Sequence record: OZ035745.1
From: Wanchaivirus PDP110P2
Strand: one strand, 5' to 3'
DNA length: 44,134 nucleotides
Each line of letters opens with the position of its first letter. The stretch's first letter is position 1. Under the pieces are notes generated by a model. That model had not been told where the DNA came from. It did no database searches and saw only the letters and a program-made list of their open reading frames with translations. Shown here piece by piece: positions 1-11,498 of this stretch. Made by a program: the position numbers and the translations under genes.

Positions 1-29
1 CTCGATAATGTCAAGGCGAGGACAAAATT

Positions 30-806
30 ATGGCAAAACCGGACTGGGAGGCCATCGAATCGGCATACCTGGCCGGAGTCCTTAGTCTCCGTGATATAGG
101 CGATAAATACGGTGTTACTGAAGGGGCTATCAGGAAGAGGGCTAAAAAGTTTGACTGGGTACGCAATAGCGGTACGCAGGTACGCAAAAATGGTACGCAA
201 AGTGGTACGCAAAAGAGTAAGGCGCGTACCAGCGAAAAGCCTGCCAGCGCTGGCCGCACGCAAAAAAGTACGCAACCAAAAGCCGAGTCTCCACCAGATA
301 CGAAACCGATACGCGGGGTGCGTACCGATCCGCCGACCAACCCATTCCAACCCGGCAACCAGCAGGCGTTAAAGCATGGTGGTTACGCCCGGCGCCTTCT
401 GCTCAAAGATGAGGTCATTGAAGACGCGAAAGCGTTGACACTCGAAGACGAATTATTTCGCCTTCGGGCTAACAACCTCGTCGCGGCAGAGAATATTGGC
501 CGGTGGCTGACCAAGCTGGAAGATGCTGAAGGGGACCAGGAAAGAGAGGTGCTGATGGAAAATATCAGCGCCGCCGAGAAGGCGATGATGCGCAATACCG
601 TTCGTATTGAGTCCATCGTTGGGACGCTTGCGACGGTAGGCAAAATATTTGCTGATACAGACTATCGCAAGGCTGCTACTGATAAGGTGTCGCTGGAGGC
701 CGATCGTCTTCGCCGTGATGCAGGTATTGATGATGGCAACGGAGAGCGTGACCTCAATGACTTCTACTCTGACATCCAAACCGACGCTGAATCCGGTCCT
801 GCGTAG
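30..806 (+). CDS. terminase small subunit (putative)
   Basis: First ORF of the window, GAGGA RBS upstream of ATG 30, overlaps start of large terminase; assignment by position. Contains GTQ-repeat segment encoded by GTACGCA heptamer repeats. Confidence 0.6.
   Translation: MAKPDWEAIESAYLAGVLSLRDIGDKYGVTEGAIRKRAKKFDWVRNSGTQVRKNGTQSGTQKSKARTSEKPASAGRTQKSTQPKAESPPDTKPIRGVRTDPPTNPFQPGNQQALKHGGYARRLLLKDEVIEDAKALTLEDELFRLRANNLVAAENIGRWLTKLEDAEGDQEREVLMENISAAEKAMMRNTVRIESIVGTLATVGKIFADTDYRKAATDKVSLEADRLRRDAGIDDGNGERDLNDFYSDIQTDAESGPA
158..330 (+). repeat. cluster of about 7 direct/inverted GTACGCA heptamer repeats inside terS (candidate pac/terminase recognition site)
   Basis: ggtacgca recurs at 158, 171, 180, 192, 204, 268; inverted copies gcgtacc at 223 and 320. 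Confidence 0.55.
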
Positions 807-2157
807 CTTCTGGACGACGCAGGCGCGTAACAAAGTGCTTTATGGTGGCCGGTCATCGTCAAAATCATGGGATGCCGCTGGCATCGCCATATTTCTGTCG
901 AATAAATACAGCCTGCGCTTTTGCTGTGCACGTCAGATCCAGAACAAAATTGAAGAGTCGGTGTATACCCTGCTCAAAATTCAGATTGACCGCTTTGGCC
1001 TGCGGCATCGTTTCCGCATTCTGAACAACAAAATCATTAACCGGGTGACCGGGTCTGAATTCGTGTTTTATGGGCTCTGGCGTAACATTGAAGAGATTAA
1101 GTCTCTGGAAGGTATCGACGTTCTGTGGCTTGAAGAGGCCCACGCGCTGACGGAATACCAGTGGAAGATACTGGAGCCTACCATCCGTAAAGAGGGCTCA
1201 GAGTGCTGGTTTATCTTTAACCCTGGACTGGTGACTGATTTCGTGTGGCGTAACTTTGTGGTCGATCCGCCAGAAGATACGCTGATACGCAAAATCAACT
1301 ACGATGAAAACCCATTTTTGTCCGACACCATGCTGAAGGTTATCGAGGCCGCTAAGCGTCGGGATCCGGATGGGTTTAAGCATGTCTACGAAGGCGTGCC
1401 AGAGTCGGATGATGATGCGGCCATTATCAAGCTGTCATGGATTGAGGCGGCCGTTGATGCCCATAAAGTCCTTAATTTCGAGCCGAGCGGGCGCAAGCGT
1501 ATTGGCTTCGACGTTGCTGATAGCGGCGCCGATAAGTGCGCTAACGTCTATCGTCACGGCTCCGTCGTGTACTGGGCGGATGAGTGGAAGGCGAAAGAAG
1601 ACGAATTGCTGAAGAGCTGCCAGCGTACGTATCAGGCAGCACTGGAGCGCGATGCTGATATCGTCTACGACTCAATCGGCGTTGGGGCATCTGCTGGCGC
1701 GAAATTCTCAGAAATTAATGAGGATCGTAAGCGCGAAAACATGAACGCATCCCGCATCAACTATCAGCGTTTCAACGCTGGCGCTGGTGTGAATGAGCCG
1801 GACTACGAATACATTGGCATCCCGAACAAAGATTTTTTCGCCAACCTCAAAGCGCAAGCCTGGTGGTTGGTAGCGGATCGCTTCCGTAACACCTTCAACG
1901 CGGTAAAGAACGGCGAGCAGTACCCGGTAGATGAGCTGATAAGCATCGACTCATCCTGCCCGCTGCTGGAAAAGCTCAAGCTGGAACTTACCACCCCGCA
2001 CCGTGATTTTGACAAAAACGGTCGCGTGATGGTGGAAAGCAAGAAAGACCTCGCAAAGCGTGACGTACCATCGCCGAACGTGGCCGACGCGTTCATCATG
2101 GCGTTTGCTCCAACCGATACGGCAATGGATATCTGGGAAGCGCTGGGAAACAGCTAA
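757..2157 (+). CDS. terminase large subunit
   Basis: Long ORF (frame opens at 649); N-terminal ATPase-like motif VLYGGRSSSKSW (Walker A-like) and acidic nuclease-like C-terminal half. Start ambiguous between ATG 730/733/757; 757 gives MTSTLTSKPTLNPVL. Confidence 0.85.
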   Translation: MTSTLTSKPTLNPVLRSFWTTQARNKVLYGGRSSSKSWDAAGIAIFLSNKYSLRFCCARQIQNKIEESVYTLLKIQIDRFGLRHRFRILNNKIINRVTGSEFVFYGLWRNIEEIKSLEGIDVLWLEEAHALTEYQWKILEPTIRKEGSECWFIFNPGLVTDFVWRNFVVDPPEDTLIRKINYDENPFLSDTMLKVIEAAKRRDPDGFKHVYEGVPESDDDAAIIKLSWIEAAVDAHKVLNFEPSGRKRIGFDVADSGADKCANVYRHGSVVYWADEWKAKEDELLKSCQRTYQAALERDADIVYDSIGVGASAGAKFSEINEDRKRENMNASRINYQRFNAGAGVNEPDYEYIGIPNKDFFANLKAQAWWLVADRFRNTFNAVKNGEQYPVDELISIDSSCPLLEKLKLELTTPHRDFDKNGRVMVESKKDLAKRDVPSPNVADAFIMAFAPTDTAMDIWEALGNS

Positions 2158-2394
2158 ATACCTGGAAATAACCGTTTCACGCAAAATTCACGCTATTCAT
2201 TTTTCGACCCTGTTTATGCATGTTTTATTCACGCGCTTTTAGCCACTTAACCCAGATAAATAAGCCTTTGGCGGACATTTCATCATGGGAGGGATCCGGC
2301 TGGTGCGGGTAACAGTCATTATGTTAAATCGGGTCGTTTTTTAACAAATTATCCTATCCGCCACGAGTACCGAAAAAGCCGGAGAATAGTCACC

Positions 2395-3846
2395 ATGGCG
2401 AAGAAAACAGGACGAGTCGCCACGGCGGATTCGTACGATAACTTTGTTGCCCGTGTCGGAATGCAGCAGCCTAACCAGCATGCCGCATCGACCTACAGGG
2501 CGAACTATACCAGCCGCAACCGCCTGCTCATCGAGTGGGCTTATCGTTCCTCCTGGATTATTGGTGCCGCAGTCGATTCGAAAGCGGACGATATGACCAA
2601 AAAGGGCGTGCGGATCACCAGTGAGATTGACCCGAAACGTCGTGGCATTCTGGAATCACGGTTCGATGAGCTTCAGCTTTGGGATTGCATCAACGAGACG
2701 CTGAAATGGTCCCGGCTGTATGGCGGGGCGGTGGCGCTGATTCTGATTGAAGGTCAGGCACCGCTGACGCCGCTGGTGCTGGATAAGGTTGGCAAGGGCA
2801 GCTTTAAAGGTCTGGCTGTACTTGACCGCTGGATGATTAACCCACAGCTCACCAGGCGCATTAAGGCGCTTGGCCCCAATCTCGGCAAGCCAGAATTCTA
2901 TGACATCGTGACGACGGCGCAGGGGCTTCCTGCGTGGACCGTTCACCACAGCCGACTGATTCGCATGGATGGTGTGAAACTGCCCTACCAGCAGAAAATC
3001 ACCGAAAACGAGTGGGGCATGTCCATTGTCGAGCGCATCTTCGATCGCCTGACTTCCTACGATAGCACCAGCGTCGGCGCCGCCCAGCTTGCCTACAAGG
3101 CACATCTGCGAACGGCAAAGATTAAAAAGCTGCGTGAAATTATCGCCATGGGCGGTAAACCATTCGAAGCGCTGGTTAAACAAATGGAGTTAGTTCGCCA
3201 GTACCAGACGAACGAGGGTATGTCCCTGTTTGATTCGGAGGACGAATTTGAAACACATTCCTATTCTTTCGCGGGCCTGTCTGACCTGCTTAGCGAGTTT
3301 AAAGAGGATATCGCGGGTGCTGTTGGCATTCCTCTTGTCCGTCTGTTCCGCCAGTCACCGAAGGGTTTTTCAACCGGTGACGCTGACCTCGCGAACTACT
3401 ACGACGACGTTGGAACGCTTCAGGAGCGAGATTTACGGCCTCACATCCGCCTGTTATTCGATGTACTGCATCGCTCAGAGTTTGGCGAGCCGTTGCCGCA
3501 AGATTTCACCTTTGAGTTTAACCCCCTGTGGCAGATGAGCGACACCGATCGCTCCACGGTGGCAACCAACACAACTACCGCTCTTGCAACCGCGGTGCGT
3601 GATTTGGGCATGTCGCCGGCTGCTGCTCTGACTGATTTGCGCGAGCTGTCTGACGTTACCGGCATCGGTGCTTCAATTAGCGATGAGGATATCCAGAATG
3701 CGGCGAAACAGTGGCAGGAGACTGAATCTGAAACCAGCCCTCCGCCGCCGATCGGAGGTCCAGTATCAGAAAAGCCTACTGGCGATAGTCGACCAGATAA
3801 ATCAAATCGTCACGGGTTCCTACGATGGTTCACAGGCAAGCGCTGA
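2395..3846 (+). CDS. portal protein (putative)
   Basis: 483-aa ORF directly after terminase with GGAGA RBS; size and position typical of portal; acidic C-terminus. Confidence 0.65.
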   Translation: MAKKTGRVATADSYDNFVARVGMQQPNQHAASTYRANYTSRNRLLIEWAYRSSWIIGAAVDSKADDMTKKGVRITSEIDPKRRGILESRFDELQLWDCINETLKWSRLYGGAVALILIEGQAPLTPLVLDKVGKGSFKGLAVLDRWMINPQLTRRIKALGPNLGKPEFYDIVTTAQGLPAWTVHHSRLIRMDGVKLPYQQKITENEWGMSIVERIFDRLTSYDSTSVGAAQLAYKAHLRTAKIKKLREIIAMGGKPFEALVKQMELVRQYQTNEGMSLFDSEDEFETHSYSFAGLSDLLSEFKEDIAGAVGIPLVRLFRQSPKGFSTGDADLANYYDDVGTLQERDLRPHIRLLFDVLHRSEFGEPLPQDFTFEFNPLWQMSDTDRSTVATNTTTALATAVRDLGMSPAAALTDLRELSDVTGIGASISDEDIQNAAKQWQETESETSPPPPIGGPVSEKPTGDSRPDKSNRHGFLRWFTGKR

Positions 3847-4450
3847 GAGCATTGCTAAATCGCTTGTTGACTACTCCGGGGTGATCGACGACTGGGCAGA
3901 AATGGTCGGTCGAAAGATGTTTGCCCAGGTGGAGCGAGAAGAGTGGAATCAGTGGCGCTCTGTTTCGGAAGAAATATCCGCTGGTCTGCGTGACGTGATT
4001 GGTAACACTCCTGTCGGCATGGTGGCGCAAGACATCGTTTATCGGCAGATTCGCTACATGAAGTCTCTGCCATTAGAGGCGGCCGGAAGAATAAGAGAAA
4101 TTCAGGAGCGTGCGATACAGGCTGTCATCCATGGTGAGCGCCCCGATCAGCTTTACGAGATGATCATGCAGTCCGGTGACGTGGCGGCCAGCAGGGCGCG
4201 GATGATAGCCCGCACTGAGATAGGGCGTGCAACCGGCGCATTAACTCAGGCTCGGGCGTTATCCGTTGGCTCTGAGGGTTACTGGTGGCGTATTGAGGGT
4301 GCTGGTACCCGGCCCTCACACCGCAAAATGAAAGATAAATTTGTCAGGTGGGATAACCCGCCAACGCTGGACGGTATGACCGGCCATGCCGGATGCCTCC
4401 CGAACTGCAAATGCTGGGCGGAAGTGCATATCCCGGATCCACAGAAATAA
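3698..4450 (+). CDS. head morphogenesis protein (Mu F / SPP1 gp7-like)
   Basis: ORF frame opens at GTG 3668; ATG 3698 has GAGGA RBS 8 nt upstream; overlaps portal 3' end; position after portal and composition typical of F-like minor head protein; followed by terminator hairpin. Confidence 0.6.
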   Translation: MRRNSGRRLNLKPALRRRSEVQYQKSLLAIVDQINQIVTGSYDGSQASAESIAKSLVDYSGVIDDWAEMVGRKMFAQVEREEWNQWRSVSEEISAGLRDVIGNTPVGMVAQDIVYRQIRYMKSLPLEAAGRIREIQERAIQAVIHGERPDQLYEMIMQSGDVAASRARMIARTEIGRATGALTQARALSVGSEGYWWRIEGAGTRPSHRKMKDKFVRWDNPPTLDGMTGHAGCLPNCKCWAEVHIPDPQK

Positions 4451-4452
4451 CA

Positions 4453-4475
4453 GGCCGCCAGTGGGCGGCCTTTTC
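4453..4475 (+). terminator. rho-independent terminator-like hairpin after head morphogenesis gene
   Basis: ggccgcc-agtg-ggcggcc stem-loop followed by ttttc. Confidence 0.5.
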
Positions 4476-4501
4476 AATGCCCGCAATTCAGCAGGTAACC
4501 C

Positions 4502-5704
4502 ATGAAATATTTCTTTAAAACCCGCCTGGGTAATACCCGCTTTCAACTTGCTGATGGGTCAGTCCTGTTTAAGGACGTCCCGATCGCAAGGACTGGTGAG
4601 CAGGAGTACGACGCCACAGAGCGGCCTGAGCTTGTCCCAAACGACAGAGGGAAAGTCATCGTACGCCGGATGCCAGAAGAGGTGTTCAGCGAGCGAGCCA
4701 TGGCGTCATTCGAAGGAATGGCAGTCACTATCGGCCATCCGCGAGATTTTGACGGGCAGATCATCTTTGTTACCCCTGATAACTGGCGCCAGCTGGCTCA
4801 CGGGCACATCCAGAACGTACGACGTGGCACGGACGATAAAACCGATCTGCTGCTGGCTGATGTCATCGTCAAAACCCCGGAAGCCCTGCAGGCAATTGAT
4901 GATGGTGATGACGAGGTCAGCTGCGGGTACGACGCCGATTACGAACAGATTTCACCTGGTCTCGCAAAGCAATCTGCGATTACCGCTAACCATCTGGCCC
5001 TTGTCCCTAACGGGCGGGCCGGTTTCCGTTGTGCAATAGGGGATTCTATGCCAAGCACTACTAAAAACTGGTTTACCCGGCTCCTGAAGGCCCGTAAAAC
5101 CGGGGACGCTGCCGAAATGGCAAGTCTCATTGATAACCCGCCTGATGATGTCACGGGCGATAACGACGTATCGACCTCTATGACACCTGGCGGAGTGGTC
5201 ATCAACCTTGCGCCGCAAAATCCGCTTCCCGGCCCGGCATTGCCTGGTACCGGCGATGCCGAGGAAGAAATTCCTGCATGGGGTAAGGCGCTGATTGAGG
5301 CGGTGGCCAAACTCACGCCTGCGGCAACTGCTCCTGGAACCGGCGATGCCGAGGACGAAGAGGAGAAAAATGAAGAAGAGGGTAAGGTTACTGGCGACGC
5401 CGCTTACCGTGCCGATCTGATTCAGCCAGGCATCCAGTTGCCAGAGAAGGCGAAGCCGACAGCATTCAAGCGTCAGGTGCTCGCCTCTGCAGATCAATCT
5501 CTGGTGCGCTCTATTGTCGGTGATGCCGATATCAGCAAGCTGAAAAAAGCCACGGTGGATATGGCTTTCACGGCTGTTTCTGAGCTGGCGAAAAACCGCA
5601 ATACCAAAACCGTCGACAGCCTGCAAACGCAGACTGCCACCACTGTTAAAACCATTGCCGGTATGAATCAGGCCGCGCAGGAATTCTGGTCTAAACGAGG
5701 CTAA
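4502..5704 (+). CDS. putative scaffolding / head maturation protein (DUF2213-like)
   Basis: 400-aa ORF between F-like and capsid genes; Pro/Gly/Asp/Glu-rich repeated segment PGTGDAEEE x2; position-based assignment. Confidence 0.45.
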   Translation: MKYFFKTRLGNTRFQLADGSVLFKDVPIARTGEQEYDATERPELVPNDRGKVIVRRMPEEVFSERAMASFEGMAVTIGHPRDFDGQIIFVTPDNWRQLAHGHIQNVRRGTDDKTDLLLADVIVKTPEALQAIDDGDDEVSCGYDADYEQISPGLAKQSAITANHLALVPNGRAGFRCAIGDSMPSTTKNWFTRLLKARKTGDAAEMASLIDNPPDDVTGDNDVSTSMTPGGVVINLAPQNPLPGPALPGTGDAEEEIPAWGKALIEAVAKLTPAATAPGTGDAEDEEEKNEEEGKVTGDAAYRADLIQPGIQLPEKAKPTAFKRQVLASADQSLVRSIVGDADISKLKKATVDMAFTAVSELAKNRNTKTVDSLQTQTATTVKTIAGMNQAAQEFWSKRG

Positions 5705-5707
5705 CCA

Positions 5708-6202
5708 ATGGGTAATACATTTCTTTACCGGATGCCAGCGGGCATCGCCGGGGCAATTTCTCGTCCGCAGGATCTGACGGTTGAACCTCAGCTGCTGGAC
5801 TCCTCCAACCTTTTCCCCGCTTACGGCCTTGGCGGCAAGATTTCCTCCGGGAAATTTGTGCCAATCGCTGCGAGCGATACAGCGTCGGAGCTGGTGGGCA
5901 TTTATGTTCGTCCGTATCCGACCGCCAGCCAGCCGGATAAAGTCCAGCAGGTAGGCAGCGGTAAAAACTTCACCGGCGATTGCCTGGTACGTGGTTACGT
6001 CACGGTAAACATCGGCGCGGATGCATCCAGCGTTGCTCTGCATGGCCCGGTCTACATGCGAGTGGCCACACCATCCGCCTCAAGCCCTCTCGGCGCGTTC
6101 CTTGCCGCCGCTGATGGCTCGAATACCGTCCAGATCACTAACGCTTACTTCAATGGCCCTGGCGACACCAGCGGCAACATTGAGCTGGCCTTCAATATTT
6201 AA
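5708..6202 (+). CDS. putative capsid-associated (decoration/cement-like) protein
   Basis: 164-aa ORF with GAGG RBS immediately upstream of major capsid gene. Confidence 0.4.
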   Translation: MGNTFLYRMPAGIAGAISRPQDLTVEPQLLDSSNLFPAYGLGGKISSGKFVPIAASDTASELVGIYVRPYPTASQPDKVQQVGSGKNFTGDCLVRGYVTVNIGADASSVALHGPVYMRVATPSASSPLGAFLAAADGSNTVQITNAYFNGPGDTSGNIELAFNI

Positions 6203-6213
6203 GGAAATCGCAA

Positions 6214-7155
6214 ATGCCAATGACATTTGACCAGGCGACAGTCGACGGCACTGGTGCCTTTCTTGTCCATGAGCTGGAGCGTCTCGATCAGACACTGAAT
6301 CTGCCGCTGGTGAATTTCACCTGGTCGCGCGATATCCAGTTGCGTGAAGACGTGTCTATTGCTGATGAGATCAGCTCGTTCACTAACACCACTTTTGCTG
6401 CTGCCGGTACGCCGAATGCTAACGGTAAAAACTGGCTTAGCAAAGCCGCGACCGCGATGGCTGGCCTTAACGTCGACATCGCAAAAACTGGCTTCCCGCT
6501 CACACTGTGGGGTATGGAGCTTGGCTGGACCGTTCCTGAATTGCAGGCAGCTGCGCAGGTTGGTCGCCCGATCGACACGCAGAAGTACGACGGCATGCAG
6601 CTGAAGTGGAACATGGACACGGACGAGCAGGTTTATATCGGCGATTCCGGTCTGAACGTTAAAGGCCTGCTGAACCTGACGCAGGTAACGCCGACCAACG
6701 CCGCGAAGACCTGGGCGACCTCCACCGCTGACGAAATCCGGGCGAGCATTAATGCCGGGTTGAGTGCTGCGTGGGCCAACTCAGCTTACTCCATGGTACC
6801 GACGGACCTGCTGATCCCGCCGGAGCAGTTCTCTCTGCTGGCAAGCACCATCGTATCCAGCGCTGGTAACCAGTCCCTGCTGACCTATCTGGAAACCAAC
6901 ACCATCGCATACCACCAGAACGGGCGTCCTCTGAACATCCGTCCGGTGAAATGGGCGAAAGGTCGTGGCGTGTCGAACTCTGATCGCATGATGTTCTACA
7001 CCAACGACAAGAAATACGTTCGCTTCCCGATGGTTCCGCTGATGAGCGTGCCGATCCAGTATCGCGGCCTGTATCAGCTCGTAACCTATTACGGCAAGCT
7101 GGGTGCAGTAGAGCCGGTTTATCCGGAAACTCTGGCCTACGTCGACGGCATCTAA
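6214..7155 (+). CDS. major capsid protein (putative, DUF2184-like)
   Basis: 313-aa ORF with AAGGA RBS, in canonical capsid position, followed by a stable GNRA-loop hairpin. Confidence 0.6.
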   Translation: MPMTFDQATVDGTGAFLVHELERLDQTLNLPLVNFTWSRDIQLREDVSIADEISSFTNTTFAAAGTPNANGKNWLSKAATAMAGLNVDIAKTGFPLTLWGMELGWTVPELQAAAQVGRPIDTQKYDGMQLKWNMDTDEQVYIGDSGLNVKGLLNLTQVTPTNAAKTWATSTADEIRASINAGLSAAWANSAYSMVPTDLLIPPEQFSLLASTIVSSAGNQSLLTYLETNTIAYHQNGRPLNIRPVKWAKGRGVSNSDRMMFYTNDKKYVRFPMVPLMSVPIQYRGLYQLVTYYGKLGAVEPVYPETLAYVDGI

Positions 7156-7158
7156 CCT

Positions 7159-7179
7159 GCGGCGGCCCGAAAGGGCCGC
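7159..7179 (+). promoter_or_regulatory. stable stem-loop (GAAA tetraloop) downstream of capsid gene, no T-run
   Basis: gcggccc-gaaa-gggccgc perfect 7-bp stem. Confidence 0.45.
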
Positions 7180-7185
7180 TCATGA

Positions 7186-8357
<1,172 letters not shown>

Positions 8358-8358
<1 letters not shown>

Positions 8359-8744
8359 TGCCGTTTCTCGATGTGACTGATGTTCTGCTTGATCCGGACT
8401 TTGTCGACCTGTCTCTGGTGTGTTATCGACAGGTGCAGACAGTGGACGAAGATAATTTTCCAACCAATACCGTGCAGGCTATTCCGTTCTCTGGTGTCGT
8501 AACCGTCGACCGTTCACTGGAAGCGAAGCGTATGGCCGCCGGACAGAGCATCAACGGGGCCATTCTCATCGTGACGCAGTTCAGGCTGACTCAGGGGCAA
8601 CCCGGATTAGATGCCGATATCGTAACCTACCGCGGGCGAGATTATCGTGTGACGTTTGTCGACCCGTATACGGCGTACGGTGCCGGGTTCGTTCAGGCGC
8701 ATTGCGAGCTTCTGGAATTCGACGGGGGAACGCCAATTGAGTAA
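8358..8744 (+). CDS. hypothetical virion protein
   Basis: 128-aa ORF starting where the previous gene stops. Confidence 0.45.
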
Positions 8745-9279
8745 CGACAGCACAACGGCGGGATATCTGACCCCCGTCGGTGATTCACCGCCCTACGATG
8801 AGGATCTGGAACGGCTAATCAGCCGCTGGATACGGGGTGTGACAGGGCTGGCTGCCACGCTGGTTTACCCACGCTGGACTGACCCGCAAAAGCAGATACC
8901 CAAAAACGGCACCACCTGGTGCGCGTTCGGTATCACCGGCATTCAGGAGGACTTCAACCCGGCGTACGTGCAGGGCGAAGAGAATACCGAACAGTGGTCG
9001 CATGAGACCGTGAGCCTGATCTTGTGCTTCTATGGCCCGCAGGGGCTGGCAATGGCCACGCGCTTTCGTGACAGTCTGCTGGTCTCGCAGAACAATGACG
9101 AGCTCAACCGCTCAGGCCTGACATTTCTGCAGCATGGGCGGATCCTCAATCTGCCCGAACTCATCAATAACCAGTGGGTGCGCCGGTACGATATCAGCGT
9201 TGACCTGCGCCGCAAAATCATCCGCCAGTACGGCATTCAATCGCTGGTCGACGCGCCAGTGCAATTTTTTGGAGATTAA
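8737..9279 (+). CDS. hypothetical virion protein (neck/tail completion region)
   Basis: Frame opens at TTG 8656; in-frame TTG 8737 overlaps previous stop; no ATG until far downstream, so start uncertain. Confidence 0.4.
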   Translation: MSNDSTTAGYLTPVGDSPPYDEDLERLISRWIRGVTGLAATLVYPRWTDPQKQIPKNGTTWCAFGITGIQEDFNPAYVQGEENTEQWSHETVSLILCFYGPQGLAMATRFRDSLLVSQNNDELNRSGLTFLQHGRILNLPELINNQWVRRYDISVDLRRKIIRQYGIQSLVDAPVQFFGD

Positions 9280-9282
9280 AAC

Positions 9283-10428
9283 ATGGCACAGGGCTTACCT
9301 GTTTCCAATGTCGTTAACGTTGACGTCATCATGTCACCGGTAGCGGCAACGGGGCGAAACTTCGGTGCGCTCCTCATTCTGGGAACCTCTACCGTTATTC
9401 CGGTTACCGAGCGCATTCGCCAGTATTCGGCCATTGAAGATATCGGCGATGATTTTGGCGTTGACTCCCCGGAATACGAAGCAGCGACCATCTTCTTTTC
9501 ACAATCACCAAAACCCACGCTGGTCTATATCGGCCGTTGGGCGAAGACGCTGGCGGACGAAGAGGCCGGGGCGGTGGAAACCTTGCTACAGGCCGTTAAT
9601 GCCTGCCTTCAGTATACCAACTGGTACGGGCTGGCAATTGCCGACAGCGCCGATCTGGTTGAGGCTGACGTGATTTCCGTTGCTGCTGCTATTGAGGCAT
9701 CCAGCTTAAGCCGCATTCTGGCCGTTACCACTGCTGATGTGAATGTGCTGGTGGCCGGAAATACCGACAATATCGGCTACAAACTGAAAGCCGCTGGCTA
9801 TGCCCGCACATTCTGGCAGTACAGTTCCAGCAGCAAATACGCCGCTATCTCGGCCTTTGGCCGCGCATTCACGGTGAATTTCACCGGCAGCAATACCACG
9901 ATCACACTGAAGTTTAAAACCGAGCCTGGTATTACCTACGAGACGCTGACAACCGCACAGGCCGCAGCCATTGATGCCATTAACGGTAACGTCTACGTCT
10001 ACTACGCCAACGATACGGCAATTATCCAGCAGGGTGTGATGGCGAACGGTGATTTCTTTGATGAGCGGCATGGCCTGGACTGGCTGCAGAACTACGTTCA
10101 GACCAATCTCTATAACCTGCTTTACACCTCGGCCACCAAAATCCCGCAGACCGACGCAGGCGTAACCCGGTTAATGACCAACGTCGAAGCCTCACTGGAT
10201 CAGGCGGTAAATAACGGCCTCATTGCTCCGGGTGTCTGGAACGGTGGCCCGATTGGCCAGATTGAATCCGGGGATACCCTGACCAAGGGTTACTACGTCT
10301 ACGCCGACGCGGTAGCTAACCAGGCTCAATCCGACAGGGAAGCGCGTAAGTCGCCGGTAATTCAGGCGGCGATCAAGCTGGCTGGCGCTATTCATTATGG
10401 CGACGTGCAGATCAATGTGGTGCGATAA
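9283..10428 (+). CDS. putative tail sheath-like protein (DUF3383-like)
   Basis: 381-aa ORF with GGAGA RBS, immediately followed by a 147-aa tube-like gene, chaperone and tape measure; identity from gene order, weak. Confidence 0.5.
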   Translation: MAQGLPVSNVVNVDVIMSPVAATGRNFGALLILGTSTVIPVTERIRQYSAIEDIGDDFGVDSPEYEAATIFFSQSPKPTLVYIGRWAKTLADEEAGAVETLLQAVNACLQYTNWYGLAIADSADLVEADVISVAAAIEASSLSRILAVTTADVNVLVAGNTDNIGYKLKAAGYARTFWQYSSSSKYAAISAFGRAFTVNFTGSNTTITLKFKTEPGITYETLTTAQAAAIDAINGNVYVYYANDTAIIQQGVMANGDFFDERHGLDWLQNYVQTNLYNLLYTSATKIPQTDAGVTRLMTNVEASLDQAVNNGLIAPGVWNGGPIGQIESGDTLTKGYYVYADAVANQAQSDREARKSPVIQAAIKLAGAIHYGDVQINVVR

Positions 10429-10437
10429 GGAGCGACC

Positions 10438-10881
10438 ATGAGCGGAACCTATAGTTTTATTGACGTCTCGGCATCCCTGACGGGCCCAACCGGCAGTATC
10501 GATCTGGGCTGCGGCTCGGCGAACTCCGAAGAAGGTATTACGGTTGCGATGACCGAGGCAAAAAACACCATGACCGTCGGCGCCGATGGTGAGGTGATGC
10601 ACAGCCTGCACGCCGGTAAGAGCGGCACTATCACGGTAACTTTGCTGAAAACCTCCCCGGTAAACAAAAAGCTCTCGCTGATGTACAACGCACAGAGCCT
10701 GTCCTCGGCGACGTGGGGCAATAACGTCATCGTCATTCGCAACAAAGTATCAGGTGATACCACTACAGCGCGTTCTTGTGCTTTCCAGAAGCAACCCGAT
10801 CACGCTAACGCCAAAGTCGGCAATACGGTTTCCTGGGTCTTTGACTGCGGCAAGATTGATCAGCTGCTTGGGGAGTTTTAA
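10438..10881 (+). CDS. putative tail tube protein (DUF3277-like)
   Basis: 147-aa ORF with AAGGAG RBS between sheath-like gene and chaperone. Confidence 0.5.
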   Translation: MSGTYSFIDVSASLTGPTGSIDLGCGSANSEEGITVAMTEAKNTMTVGADGEVMHSLHAGKSGTITVTLLKTSPVNKKLSLMYNAQSLSSATWGNNVIVIRNKVSGDTTTARSCAFQKQPDHANAKVGNTVSWVFDCGKIDQLLGEF

Positions 10882-10884
10882 CGG

Positions 10885-11304
10885 ATGGAATTTGAAATCA
10901 AAGGGGTTAATTACCGAACCGCCAAACTTGACGTATTCCAGCAACTGAAGGTCAGCCGTAAGCTGCTGCCGGTGCTGGCCGGGCTCGTTAGTGAATTTTC
11001 CACGCTGAAAGCGCAGGCCGCTGCGGGTAACTCTGGTGCAGTGCTGGAAAGCGTACTGCCGAAAATTGCCGATACGCTGGCCGCGCTGCCGGATGAGGAC
11101 GTTAACGCGGTGATTCATCCGTGCCTGGGCGTTGTTATGCGCCAGCATGAAAAAGGGTGGGTGAAAATTTTCGATCAGGGCGCGCTGATGTTCGACGATA
11201 TCGACCTGTTCACGATGCTGCAGTTGGTGGCGCGGGTGGTCGCCGACAGCCTGGGAAATTTTTTGAAAGAACTCCCCGGCAGCGGGACGCCTACCCAGCC
11301 ATAG
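10885..11304 (+). CDS. tail assembly chaperone (short form)
   Basis: 139-aa ORF immediately upstream of tape measure; contains slippery heptamer T TTT TTG at 11259-11265. Confidence 0.6.
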   Translation: MEFEIKGVNYRTAKLDVFQQLKVSRKLLPVLAGLVSEFSTLKAQAAAGNSGAVLESVLPKIADTLAALPDEDVNAVIHPCLGVVMRQHEKGWVKIFDQGALMFDDIDLFTMLQLVARVVADSLGNFLKELPGSGTPTQP

Positions 11305-11498
11305 GTCCTGTCCTGGAATCCATGCCAGAAGGTGAGGATTTCCTGATGCGCCCGGTGGATGCCGGGCTTATCCCTTACACCGCCCTGAAAGATGGATCAG
11401 TAGACCTGGCTGATATTGCCCGTATGAATGACTGGCTGGACCTGAAAGCCGATAACGAAAACCGTATAGCGAAATGGAGAGAGGCTAATGAACGCTGA
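10885..11498 (+). CDS. tail assembly chaperone, programmed -1 frameshift fusion product
   Basis: -1 frame is open from the slippery site through 11498 (peptide continues ...KFFERTPRQRDAY...), ending at the tape measure start; classic G/GT-like arrangement. Confidence 0.5.

Noticed and set aside
11-358. 115-aa minus-strand ORF at window start
   Set aside because: Antisense to the small terminase gene; spurious.
4952-6043. 363-aa minus-strand ORF
   Set aside because: Antisense to the co-oriented scaffold-like and capsid-associated genes in a GC-rich region; no RBS, Arg/Gly-rich low-complexity translation; shadow ORF.
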